Shown piece after piece: positions 18,467 to 28,242 of a DNA stretch of 59,495 nucleotides. The translations under genes were made by a program, and so were the position numbers. Source of the stretch: a virus (lineage: Duplodnaviria > Caudoviricetes); the IMG/VR virus record IMGVR_UViG_3300020454_000016, positions 1 to 59,495 of that record. One strand, written 5' to 3'. The notes under the pieces were generated by a model that saw only the letters and a program-made list of their open reading frames with translations, was not told where the DNA came from and ran no database searches. The stretch's first letter is position 1; the number at the start of each line of letters is the position of its first letter.

Positions 18467-19659
18467 TGTATTGTAGATTTGTCGCAGTAGATAGTTTGTC
18501 AAATAGTTCAACTAATTTAGGAAATATGATGCTGGATGTTAGAAAAGTCCTAGATGGCACATATACTGCTGTATCGAGTTTAGATGCAACTTATTGGGAT
18601 AAACAAACTAGTTTTATAATTGGTGGTGGTACAGGTGGATTAGGTGCTATAAAAGCAGCAGATGGAACTACATCAATATATCAAAACATTGCTTCTGCTG
18701 ATACCTCTAATCAAAGTATTGTTATGGACAAATATCACCATGATTATAAATCAGGCTTTCAACCAAAAAGACATTTAAAATTTTCAGGATTAAATTCTGG
18801 ATTTATGAGAACTGTAGTTAATTCTAGTAATACAACCTCAACTTATGAAGCATTTGGTTTATCTTTTACAAGTGGTTATAATAATAGCACTAGTTCTAAT
18901 TTTCAGGCAAGAGTAAATTCCGATAAAATAAAAACTATAGATGTTTTTGCTAGTAAGTATTGGATTATTTTTGTTGTTAATTATGATTCAAGTACTACAG
19001 GATATATGGGCAATGTAGTATGGGCATTTTTAGATTTTGAATCAGATAAACAGCAAGAATATTCTTACACACATAGTGCATGGGCAGGTGGTCAATCTAC
19101 ATATCCGGGCTTTAGTTGGGTAGTAAAGAATAACAAAAGAGATGCAGTTGATATAGATCTTTATGATACTTTTGCACAAAGTATGGTAGGCTATTCAACT
19201 CAAAGTAATCAAAATGCAGGTGTTCAGTATCAAGGTAGATTAGATTTTAATACATGGGGAACATATTCAAGATCACCTTATTTTACAGATAATGCTAAAG
19301 GTATTTGCACTTTGCCTTTATATCCACAAACATTATTTAAAGTAATGCAGTCAGACAGTACAGTATTAAATAATCCATTATATCAAGTTATGGCTTATTC
19401 ATATGGTTTTACTGATTCCGATTTCGATGATACAGGGTATTATAATCCAGGAGTAATGGCAAAAGTTCCATTCTTGTATAGAACAGCAGATTCTGCGGAT
19501 TATCACGGATCTCCTGTTACTGTAGGAAGTGACACTTACAGAGTAATAAGGTGGCATAAATCTGGCTATAATGCAGGCTATGATTACGATACACATGATG
19601 ATAATGAAGCAGGTGGTCTAGCTTGTTATGTAGTACCACAAACAATAGGAGGAGTTTAA
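18460..19659 (+). CDS. Hypothetical structural protein (S/T/G/Y-rich; likely start ATG 18466)
   Basis: Long ORF in the structural operon. Confidence 0.75.
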   Translation: MVMYCRFVAVDSLSNSSTNLGNMMLDVRKVLDGTYTAVSSLDATYWDKQTSFIIGGGTGGLGAIKAADGTTSIYQNIASADTSNQSIVMDKYHHDYKSGFQPKRHLKFSGLNSGFMRTVVNSSNTTSTYEAFGLSFTSGYNNSTSSNFQARVNSDKIKTIDVFASKYWIIFVVNYDSSTTGYMGNVVWAFLDFESDKQQEYSYTHSAWAGGQSTYPGFSWVVKNNKRDAVDIDLYDTFAQSMVGYSTQSNQNAGVQYQGRLDFNTWGTYSRSPYFTDNAKGICTLPLYPQTLFKVMQSDSTVLNNPLYQVMAYSYGFTDSDFDDTGYYNPGVMAKVPFLYRTADSADYHGSPVTVGSDTYRVIRWHKSGYNAGYDYDTHDDNEAGGLACYVVPQTIGGV

Positions 19660-20901
19660 ATGTTAACAAGATTTAGTTGCAATAGCACTAATTATGGGCA
19701 GTTAGGTTTTATAAATGCAATTCTTGCTACAGCTACAGCAAGTGCAAATAGTACACCATCTACACCAGCAGGTTGTAATAGTTTTGAAGTACTAGGAAAT
19801 ACTGTTGCAGGGGGTTGGACAAGAATAGATCCTGCAGTTGGTGCTGAAAATGGAGCAACTACTTTAACTCTTTGTGCTAATTCACCAAAAGCTTTTACTG
19901 ATGGAACTAAAAAAGCTATACGATTTCTTTTTGGTTCTGGCACAGGTTCAAATTATCTGTATACTGCTAATGTTGAACCTTATGTAGGTAGAGCAAGTTC
20001 CTCAAATGCATGGTTAGATGGTACTGCTCAAGGATATACAGGCTATACTAGATTTTCAACTAATGTTGGTAGTTTTTCAGCAAACCGGCGTTTGTGGTAT
20101 ACTGCCGCAGCAATGGGTGGTGGTGCAAATGCTGAACAAGCAGGAGATCTCATGTGTGCAGCTACATCAGAGTATTTATATGTGTTTTGGGGCCCGACAT
20201 ATGAAAATGGTGTTGGTTACGATAGGAATGGGGGATGGTATACTTGTTTTGGAGTCTGCGATCATACACAAGGTAACAATTGGGAGTATGCTCCTAACTC
20301 TCTACATTGCCCGTGGTATGGCGTTGATATTAGTCAAAAAAATAGTACAGCGTGGTCAGGTACTAATGATTCGTATGATACAAGAGATGGGCAATATACA
20401 AATGGAATGGTTGGTTATCATAGGCATGTTGACTTTACTCAAAGTGGCAATGCAACTTTACGTTCTGTAAATAGTAGTGGCGATACTTATGGTGGAGCAT
20501 TTACTAATCAAGAGTATTCTTCAAATGGTTGGGTATCTATGTGGTATAAATCATTCGATCATACAAGTTATGGTATATCTACCACTTTCCACGATGCAAC
20601 TAGTGATTTTTATACTCCAGATGCTAATATGAAACATCATTTTCCTGGTATGCGAGATTATGATAATAGTGGTAATCCTGTTCAATCTATTAATTCTATA
20701 ATAGTAGGACAACCATCAGCAGGAAGACCTTATAGAGAACTCAAGGGTATAAAACAAATAGGATGGGCAACAGAAGCTATGCAAGGTCAGAATGCTCTTC
20801 CTTATCATATGTCAGATATACAAAGTAATGATAATACTCCTAAAAACTATAGGTGTTTTTTAGCAGGTGGTAAAATGTTATATGCATTTGAAAAGGTCTA
20901 G
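19660..20901 (+). CDS. Hypothetical structural protein (G/S/T/Y-rich)
   Basis: Long ORF with GGAGGAG SD. Confidence 0.75.
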   Translation: MLTRFSCNSTNYGQLGFINAILATATASANSTPSTPAGCNSFEVLGNTVAGGWTRIDPAVGAENGATTLTLCANSPKAFTDGTKKAIRFLFGSGTGSNYLYTANVEPYVGRASSSNAWLDGTAQGYTGYTRFSTNVGSFSANRRLWYTAAAMGGGANAEQAGDLMCAATSEYLYVFWGPTYENGVGYDRNGGWYTCFGVCDHTQGNNWEYAPNSLHCPWYGVDISQKNSTAWSGTNDSYDTRDGQYTNGMVGYHRHVDFTQSGNATLRSVNSSGDTYGGAFTNQEYSSNGWVSMWYKSFDHTSYGISTTFHDATSDFYTPDANMKHHFPGMRDYDNSGNPVQSINSIIVGQPSAGRPYRELKGIKQIGWATEAMQGQNALPYHMSDIQSNDNTPKNYRCFLAGGKMLYAFEKV

Positions 20902-20904
20902 AAA

Positions 20905-21156
20905 ATGACAGCATATAATTCTGGTGCTTTTAATTTCCCTTCAAGAATAGCAACACAACAATCACCTTATCATCTTTTAAATAATCCAACTGTTCCATTA
21001 AGTTTTATTACTTCTGTAGGACAAGGTATTAGAACAACTTTTACAACTGCATTATCTAGAACAGGCAAATCAATTAATTCTTATTATAGAACACCTCTTG
21101 CTGCTTTACCTGAAGTAGCAGGATCACGAAAACAAAGTTGGGGAACTTTTGGATAG
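20905..21156 (+). CDS. Hypothetical protein
   Basis: Fills the gap between abutting genes. Confidence 0.6.
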   Translation: MTAYNSGAFNFPSRIATQQSPYHLLNNPTVPLSFITSVGQGIRTTFTTALSRTGKSINSYYRTPLAALPEVAGSRKQSWGTFG

Positions 21157-21978
21157 ATGCTAGGACATTCACCTCTCGCTACACAACCTTATGGTGCAGG
21201 TCATCAGCATTTAAATGCAACTGTTAATCTATCTGCATTTAGTCCTTTAGCATTATCTTTAGGCACAACAGGAATAGAGATATCTACAAGTGTAGATGCT
21301 CCATCTTTATTAGCTACATTATCTCTAGGAACAGTATTATTTGAAGGTGATGCAAATGTAGTACTAACTAATGCAGTAGCTACATACGACACGAATACAT
21401 ACGATCATGCATCTTCTACATACTCTCAAGCATCGTTTATACCAACAGGGCAACTGCAATTAGGTTTAATTAGTACTTCAGGAACTGCAAGTTTAACTCT
21501 TCCTAGTTTTGCATTAAGTCTATCAGATGGTTTAGATGCAATAACAACAGTAGGAACTGCTAATGTTACACTTACAACAAATGTAGCAAGTTTAAGTTTA
21601 GGCACAGTATCTGTAGAAGGTACAGCTAATCTTGTTTTACCATCACTTGAGTTAACAACAAGTTTTAATAAGCCTAGTATAATTGGTACAGCTAATGTTT
21701 CAATAGGTAGTTTTGCGTTACAATTAACATCTTCATTAGATGATATAATTATTACTACCATTAATCAAAATGACTATGCAAAAGATAGGACAGTATTTGT
21801 GTCTTATAGAGGACATAATATTAATAGTTCAAATAATGTATCAAGTCAGCTACGAACTATAGTAGTACCTACAAGACAACATATTGTTAAAGCAACAAAT
21901 ATTGTTGATGATCAAAATAGAACTATTATTATTCCACCTAGAAGTCATATAGTTAGAACAACAAAAATAGCAGCGTAA
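21157..21978 (+). CDS. Structural protein with G[TD]ANV/LSLG repeats
   Basis: Repeating SLGTV.VEGTAN units. Confidence 0.7.
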   Translation: MLGHSPLATQPYGAGHQHLNATVNLSAFSPLALSLGTTGIEISTSVDAPSLLATLSLGTVLFEGDANVVLTNAVATYDTNTYDHASSTYSQASFIPTGQLQLGLISTSGTASLTLPSFALSLSDGLDAITTVGTANVTLTTNVASLSLGTVSVEGTANLVLPSLELTTSFNKPSIIGTANVSIGSFALQLTSSLDDIIITTINQNDYAKDRTVFVSYRGHNINSSNNVSSQLRTIVVPTRQHIVKATNIVDDQNRTIIIPPRSHIVRTTKIAA

Positions 21979-21988
21979 AGGATATAAA

Positions 21989-22345
21989 ATGTCATTTAAA
22001 TTTCCATCAAAAGATCCTGATGAAACATTAGACTATAGTATGGATTGGTCTAGATTCTTAGGCTATGATCATGCGACTAATTCAGGGTCAACCATCGTAG
22101 CAAATTTATGGTTCATTGATAATGAGAATGGTGTAAAAACACAAATTAGTACTACAGAAAATACAACAGTAAATGGAATTACTACAATTTTTGGTGGCAT
22201 ATTAAGAGATAGTACAAATACTGTATGTACAATACGATTAAGTAGTGGAACAAATAATGTTACTTATAAGATAACTAGTCAGATAACAGATAGCACAGGA
22301 CTAGTATCTGAACGTGTAGCAAAATTACGTATTAAGGAAAACTAA
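21989..22345 (+). CDS. Tail/fibre adaptor protein (putative)
   Basis: KDPDETLDYSMDW motif. Confidence 0.7.
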   Translation: MSFKFPSKDPDETLDYSMDWSRFLGYDHATNSGSTIVANLWFIDNENGVKTQISTTENTTVNGITTIFGGILRDSTNTVCTIRLSSGTNNVTYKITSQITDSTGLVSERVAKLRIKEN

Positions 22346-22346
22346 T

Positions 22347-23069
22347 ATGGCATATAATTATTTAGATTTAGTTAATGAGATCAATAGAAGATTAAATGAA
22401 GTAGAGCTTTCTACTACTAACTTTTTATCAGCTAAAGGTTTTTATGAAACAGCAAAGGATGCTCTTAATTCTTCTATTCGACATATTAATCACGAAGAGT
22501 TTAGCTGGCCGTGGAATCATAGAGAACAAGAAGAAGTGCTTTCAGCAGGCATAGTTAGATATCCATACCCTGAAGATGCTAAACTTATAAACATGGATAG
22601 TTTTCGTATCAAGAAAAATACAACACTTAATGTAGAAACTAAAAAGTTAAAGGCATTAGATTATCAAGAATATCTAGAAACATATGTAGATCACGAATAC
22701 AATACTAGCACAGGCATTAGAACTGTACCTAGACATATAGTTAGAACACCTAGTCAAGAATTTGTATTTATACCTAGTCCTGATAAAGCATATGAAGTTG
22801 TTTATGAATATTATCAGAATCCTGTTGTGCTAGAACAAGCTAGTGATGTACCAACAGTACCTCAAGAGTTTAGGCATGTTATTGTAGATGGTGCAATGTT
22901 TTATGCTTATCAATTTAGAGGAGATACGCAATCAGCACAAATATCACAACAGAAGTTTGAACAAGGTATTAAGTACATGAGAAGTCTTTATATCAATAGA
23001 TATGACTATTTAAGATCTTCTATGATTGTACATACGAGTGGGGTCAATAACGTATTGAGGGTGTCATAA
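22347..23069 (+). CDS. Head-tail adaptor (tail tubular protein A-like)
   Basis: YLDLVN...LNEV, WPW, PSPDKAY and HVIVDGA motifs. Confidence 0.75.
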   Translation: MAYNYLDLVNEINRRLNEVELSTTNFLSAKGFYETAKDALNSSIRHINHEEFSWPWNHREQEEVLSAGIVRYPYPEDAKLINMDSFRIKKNTTLNVETKKLKALDYQEYLETYVDHEYNTSTGIRTVPRHIVRTPSQEFVFIPSPDKAYEVVYEYYQNPVVLEQASDVPTVPQEFRHVIVDGAMFYAYQFRGDTQSAQISQQKFEQGIKYMRSLYINRYDYLRSSMIVHTSGVNNVLRVS

Positions 23070-24686
23070 ATGGCGACTGATTGGCAAACATTTCCTGTAG
23101 AGTTTAAAGGTGGTTTAATATCAAATTTAAGTCCTTTGCAACATGGTACAAATGCAATAGGTAGTGCTACAATTTTACAGAACTTTGAACCCTCTTTATC
23201 AGGTGGCTACAGAAAAATAAAAGGTTATAATAAATTTAATTCATCTCTAATACCTATAAAAGATGCATCAGGTAGCGTGATAGGTAGTCCTAATGATAAT
23301 CAAAAACGTATTCAGTTAGTTGCATGTGTAAGCAATGGATATACAGCTTTAGTTGCAAGAAATGATAAATATTATGTTGTTGATAGTAGTAACATAACTC
23401 AAGCTCATGCGGATAATGCAACGAATGTAGCACAAAGAAGTACTACATCAGGTAGCAAGATACGATTTGTTAATTACAATTTTGGTGCAGGTGAAAAGAC
23501 TATTATAGTAGATGGCATTAATTCAATTGCATATTATGATGGATCACAATCTGTAGGTAGTCGTGTAACATTTTCTGATCAAACAAATGCAGCTTTTTCA
23601 GGAACTATAGGTACGAAGTTTGCAGTAGCATTTAAGAATCATATAATTTTAGCTAAAACAAACAAAGTGATTATAGGCTCTATTGGTGTTGATAATGATT
23701 TTAATAATGCAGGTGCTGGTGTAATAGAGATAAATGTAAAGGATACAGTAACAGGTTTAATTGTATTTAGAGAACAGATTATTGTGTTTACGAAAAATAC
23801 AGTACAAAAAATAACAGGAACAAGTGTTTCAGATTTTAAGCTTTCAGCTATTACAGATGATATTGGTTGTATTAGAGAAGATACAATTCAAGAAGTTGGT
23901 GGTGACGTTTTATTCGTAGCACCAGATGGTATTAGATCATTAGCAGCTACAGATAAGATTGGTGATTTTGGATTAGATGTTGCATCAAAGCCAATAAAGA
24001 AAAATGTAGATAGTTTATTAGGCACTAGTTTTGACTCTTTAATCTTGCGTGAAAAAGGACAATATAGATTATTTGCATATAATCAAGGATATACTTCAGG
24101 TGAATCAGAAGGTCTACTAGCTACTAAATTTATAGATCAAGGTGGTACAGGTTTAAATTGGGCAACACTACGAGGTATAAAATCATTTACATCTGATTCT
24201 AGATATTATGGTGCTTTTAATGCGGTTGGAGAATTGACATTATTTGCAAATGAAGATGGCTATATTTATCAATTAGAAATTACAAATGGTTTTGATGGCA
24301 CTAGTATTAAAGGTATTTATGAATCACCATATATGCCTTTACAAGATCCAACTATAAGAAAAACATTTTATAAGTGTGGTCTATATTTAGATCCAGAAGG
24401 TGCGATAACAGCACAATTGCAAATTAAGTATGATCAAGAAGGATCAGGTGTTGTACAGCCAAATGCTATAGATGTAGTAACTACAGGTGTTGGTTCTGTT
24501 TTATATAACTCATCTTCATCAACATATGATTCAGATACATATAGTACAGAACTTAATAAATTATACAATAATAACATTATAGGTTCAGGTAAAACAATTG
24601 CAATACGAATAGAAGAAGAATCGACTAACCCACCATTTAGACTAGATACTGCTGTTTTAGAATACAGTACAGAAACAAGACAATAG
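23070..24686 (+). CDS. Tail nozzle (tail tubular protein B-like)
   Basis: GGL start, GGYRKI, DIGC...TIQEVGGD..F.APDG. Confidence 0.75.
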   Translation: MATDWQTFPVEFKGGLISNLSPLQHGTNAIGSATILQNFEPSLSGGYRKIKGYNKFNSSLIPIKDASGSVIGSPNDNQKRIQLVACVSNGYTALVARNDKYYVVDSSNITQAHADNATNVAQRSTTSGSKIRFVNYNFGAGEKTIIVDGINSIAYYDGSQSVGSRVTFSDQTNAAFSGTIGTKFAVAFKNHIILAKTNKVIIGSIGVDNDFNNAGAGVIEINVKDTVTGLIVFREQIIVFTKNTVQKITGTSVSDFKLSAITDDIGCIREDTIQEVGGDVLFVAPDGIRSLAATDKIGDFGLDVASKPIKKNVDSLLGTSFDSLILREKGQYRLFAYNQGYTSGESEGLLATKFIDQGGTGLNWATLRGIKSFTSDSRYYGAFNAVGELTLFANEDGYIYQLEITNGFDGTSIKGIYESPYMPLQDPTIRKTFYKCGLYLDPEGAITAQLQIKYDQEGSGVVQPNAIDVVTTGVGSVLYNSSSSTYDSDTYSTELNKLYNNNIIGSGKTIAIRIEEESTNPPFRLDTAVLEYSTETRQ

Positions 24687-24701
24687 AAAGGAACATAGAT
24701 A

Positions 24702-25958
24702 ATGGGAAATACATATCAGGTTAGAACAGTCACGCAGAACGGAGTGGGATTGCCTACATCTGGTGGCATTATCAAAGAAGAGCATATTAATGATGAGTTT
24801 ACAACCCTGATAGCATCATTCAATGCTACAACAGGGCATTCTCATAATGGTACAGATAGTGCTAGAGTTTCAGTTATAGGACCGGCAGGACAATACAGTA
24901 CAGATGCAAATGCTTTTTTTGCTACTAGTTCAGCATCAGTAGGACTAGGTAAAACAGGAAATGTGTGGAAAGATTTACACATTGATAATGTAGTTATTGA
25001 TGGTAGCACTATATCAACTATAGGAACTAATACAGATTTAACTATAACTCCTGTAGGTACAGGTAGTGTTATTATTGCAGAAGGCGATTTAAAAATTGGT
25101 TCTACTGCTGTTTCATCAACTGCAGCTGAATTAAATATTTTAAGTGGTAAAAGTTTTCTTGATGAAGATAACATGGCATCTGATAGTGCAACAGGTATTG
25201 CATCACAGCAATCTATAAAAGCTTATGTAGACTCACAAGTTACTGCACAAGACTTAGATGGTACTGCTGATTCAGGAACATTTGCTGTAGATCTAGATAG
25301 TCAAGCATTAGCAGTAACAGGTGGTACAGGTATAGATACATCTGCTACAGGGCAAGCAGTTACAGTTGCAATAGATAATACAGTAGCAACATTAGCAGGT
25401 ACACAATCACTTACAAATAAAACATTAACAAGTCCTATTGTAGGTGGAACAGTAACATCTGCATCAGGTAACATAGTAATTCAACCTGCTAGTTATAAAT
25501 TAGAAATACAAGGTGGTGGTAGTACAGAAGGGCAGATACAATTAAATTGTCATGCTAATAGTCACGGACAAACTATTACAGCACAACCTCATAGTGAGGG
25601 CATAACAAATACTATGCTATTGCCTAAAGGTGGTAGCAGTACTTTAGTTAGTGAAATAGCAACACAGACACTTACTAATAAAACATTAACAAGTCCTAAA
25701 ATTAATGAAGATGTTGTAATGTCTTCTACTGCTACTGAACTAAATATTTTAGATGGTGCAACTGTTTCTACTACTGAATTAAATTTAATTGATGGTAATA
25801 CAGCTAGAGGTACAGATGCATTAGCAGATGGAGATGGAATATTAATAAATGATAATGGCACTATGAAGATGACAAATGTTCAAACTGTTAGAACATATAT
25901 GGAAACAAATGCAGCCACAACAGGAAAAGCCATTGCGATGGCTATAGTATTTGGTTAA
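24702..25958 (+). CDS. Tail fibre protein
   Basis: TGHSHNG anchor, duplicated LTNKTLTSP and ELNILDG repeats, KAIAMAIVFG C-terminus. Confidence 0.8.
   Translation: MGNTYQVRTVTQNGVGLPTSGGIIKEEHINDEFTTLIASFNATTGHSHNGTDSARVSVIGPAGQYSTDANAFFATSSASVGLGKTGNVWKDLHIDNVVIDGSTISTIGTNTDLTITPVGTGSVIIAEGDLKIGSTAVSSTAAELNILSGKSFLDEDNMASDSATGIASQQSIKAYVDSQVTAQDLDGTADSGTFAVDLDSQALAVTGGTGIDTSATGQAVTVAIDNTVATLAGTQSLTNKTLTSPIVGGTVTSASGNIVIQPASYKLEIQGGGSTEGQIQLNCHANSHGQTITAQPHSEGITNTMLLPKGGSSTLVSEIATQTLTNKTLTSPKINEDVVMSSTATELNILDGATVSTTELNLIDGNTARGTDALADGDGILINDNGTMKMTNVQTVRTYMETNAATTGKAIAMAIVFG
25408..25698 (+). repeat. 30-bp intragenic direct repeat (25408-25437 and 25669-25698)
   Basis: CACTTACWAATAAAACATTAACAAGTCCTA, one mismatch; encodes LTNKTLTSP. 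Confidence 0.85.
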
Positions 25959-25969
25959 AGGGGGAAAAT

Positions 25970-26371
25970 ATGACTAATCCAAATGTAGTACAAGTAGCAT
26001 CAATACATGGATCTTCTATAGGATCTAATATGTCAGGATCTGCACAAACATTTTTTACTGTAGCAAGTGGAAAATTGGTAAAAATTAATAGCATTACATG
26101 TGCAAACGTACATGCGGCAAATGCAGGAACATTAGATTTATTTGTAGATAAAGTAGAAAGAAATACAACACAAGAGGGAAGTGAATTTGCATCTAACGAA
26201 ACTGTAGATGGAAACTTTTATATTTGTAAAAATATATCAATAGCTCAAGGTTCTACCTTAGTAATTCTTGAAACACCTATCTATTTAATGGAAGGTGATG
26301 CATTTGAAGGTCTTGCAAGTGCAGCAAGTACTTTAGATTTATATATTTCATACGAAGTTATTTCACAATAG
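25970..26371 (+). CDS. Small tail-fibre-associated protein
   Basis: NPNVV...KINSI..ANV...YLMEGD...ISYEVI pattern. Confidence 0.7.
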   Translation: MTNPNVVQVASIHGSSIGSNMSGSAQTFFTVASGKLVKINSITCANVHAANAGTLDLFVDKVERNTTQEGSEFASNETVDGNFYICKNISIAQGSTLVILETPIYLMEGDAFEGLASAASTLDLYISYEVISQ

Positions 26372-26380
26372 GAGAATAAT

Positions 26381-27979
26381 TTGAGAGTTATAGGTGCAAA
26401 AACAGTAGATGGTTCTGTTACAGCAACAGCTAGTGGTACTATAGTAAATAACAAGCCTGTTATATTAAATGCTAATGGTACTGTAAGTGCTATTAGTGGA
26501 ACAATTAATACTACACAAGTTATAAATACATTGACTGATCCTTTTGGATCAAATCCTTCAGGGGATATTAAATCAGTTTGTTTTAGTCCTGATACAAATC
26601 AAATTGTTGTAGCAACTTGTGTGAGTAGTGCAAGTAATGAAGGAAGAGTATTAGTTGGCACAGTTGATCCTTCTAATAATGCAGTAACATGGGGTAGTAA
26701 CTATACTGTTTTTTCTAGTACTGCTGATAGTAAAACTAAAATACATTGTATGTATAATGAAGTACTTGATCATGTTGAGATTCTGTGGAGAGAAAATAGT
26801 ACTACAAAACTTGTTAAAGGAACATTATCAGGTACAGGTACAGCTGCCTCTGTAGCAAATGTAACATCACCTTATCAGTTAGAAGGCAATTCTCCAGATC
26901 ATATAACAGCATCTATAGATCAATCTACAGGTGTTGGTCTACTTATGTGGTATGATGGTGGTAATCAAGAGTCTAGGATAAAAGCATGGAGATGGAATGG
27001 AAGTGCGTTTGTAAATTCAGGACAAAATGTAGTTCCATATTCACATCAAGGTGGAACAGGTGCAGAAGCTAGATATCCTTCATCTGTATATTGTGCCAAT
27101 ACAGCAGGTAGTAATCCATTAATAGTTTTTACTTATGCTGATGATGACAATGGACAGAAAGGAGTACTCTTAGGGTGTTCAACAGCTTGGAATGGATCAG
27201 CAGCTAGTGTTACAGTAGGTACTGCTCGTTCTTTTCTAGGTCAGGTTACAGAATGGCATAGTGTGTCTTACTCTCCATCAAGAAATAGGATTATTAATGT
27301 TGTTGCTAGTTCTGGCATAAATAGTGGTCAAGGTGGTATGATGGTGTATGAGTTTACTCCACCTACATCAGGTGCTAATGCTCTTAATGGTAATTATTTT
27401 TCTCAGTATGGATCACAAAATATATTACATGGTGTTTATTCAAGTACATTTCCTGTTAGTGTATATGACGAAGAATCAAATAAAAATATTGTAGTATATT
27501 GCGATCCGTTAGATGGTGGTAAAACAAAAATGCTTATAGGTACAAGAGAGTTTACAGCATCAGGTACTCAATACGCTTATGCAAGTAGATATGATCTTTC
27601 AGTTGTAACAGGAAATCAAGGACAGGCTTTTTGTTTTGTATATGATTCTAATGCAGAAAGATCTGTTCTTTTATATAGCGATACAACATCAGCTAGAATG
27701 AAAGGGTTTATTATAAGACCTGAATTTGGAGAAACAACTAATGCAACTATTAAAGGTTGTATAGGATTTGCTGATGGTGGATACTCAAATGGACAAACAG
27801 TAACTGTTAAAGTTGCTAACTCAATAATAGGGGGTCAAAGCCTTACACCCGGAAAGTTTTATTATGTAAGAGAAGATGGAACATTAAGCACAGTTTCAGG
27901 CAATCCTGTTATAGAAGCAGGTATAGCAGTATCAACAACAGAATTGTTAATTACAAGTAATGAAGAGAGGATAAATTAA
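26381..27979 (+). CDS. Tail or receptor-binding protein, MRVIG paralogue 1
   Basis: TTG start with GGAG SD; ends shared with paralogues 2 and 3; beta-repeat centre. Confidence 0.75.
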   Translation: MRVIGAKTVDGSVTATASGTIVNNKPVILNANGTVSAISGTINTTQVINTLTDPFGSNPSGDIKSVCFSPDTNQIVVATCVSSASNEGRVLVGTVDPSNNAVTWGSNYTVFSSTADSKTKIHCMYNEVLDHVEILWRENSTTKLVKGTLSGTGTAASVANVTSPYQLEGNSPDHITASIDQSTGVGLLMWYDGGNQESRIKAWRWNGSAFVNSGQNVVPYSHQGGTGAEARYPSSVYCANTAGSNPLIVFTYADDDNGQKGVLLGCSTAWNGSAASVTVGTARSFLGQVTEWHSVSYSPSRNRIINVVASSGINSGQGGMMVYEFTPPTSGANALNGNYFSQYGSQNILHGVYSSTFPVSVYDEESNKNIVVYCDPLDGGKTKMLIGTREFTASGTQYAYASRYDLSVVTGNQGQAFCFVYDSNAERSVLLYSDTTSARMKGFIIRPEFGETTNATIKGCIGFADGGYSNGQTVTVKVANSIIGGQSLTPGKFYYVREDGTLSTVSGNPVIEAGIAVSTTELLITSNEERIN

Positions 27980-28239
27980 TGCAAGTAATAGTAGAAAGAG
28001 CAACTCAAATATCAAAGTTTTCATATGAAGATTCAGAATTAATTAGTGCAGGAGATACAAGTATTAGAGTAGGAGATCCTACCTCATTAGTAATTTGGGA
28101 CTTAAATTCAAATAATACAAATATTTATAAGAATGTAAAAGATGTTCCTTCCGATTGGGTGGGGGAAAAATATCTTTATGACGGATCTAAATGGTCAGCT
28201 AATCCTAATTGGGTAGATCCATCAAAAAAGGATGAGTAG
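27979..28239 (+). CDS. Small tail-associated protein
   Basis: PSDWVGEKYLYDGSKW motif, coupled ORF. Confidence 0.7.
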   Translation: MQVIVERATQISKFSYEDSELISAGDTSIRVGDPTSLVIWDLNSNNTNIYKNVKDVPSDWVGEKYLYDGSKWSANPNWVDPSKKDE

Positions 28240-28242
28240 TAT

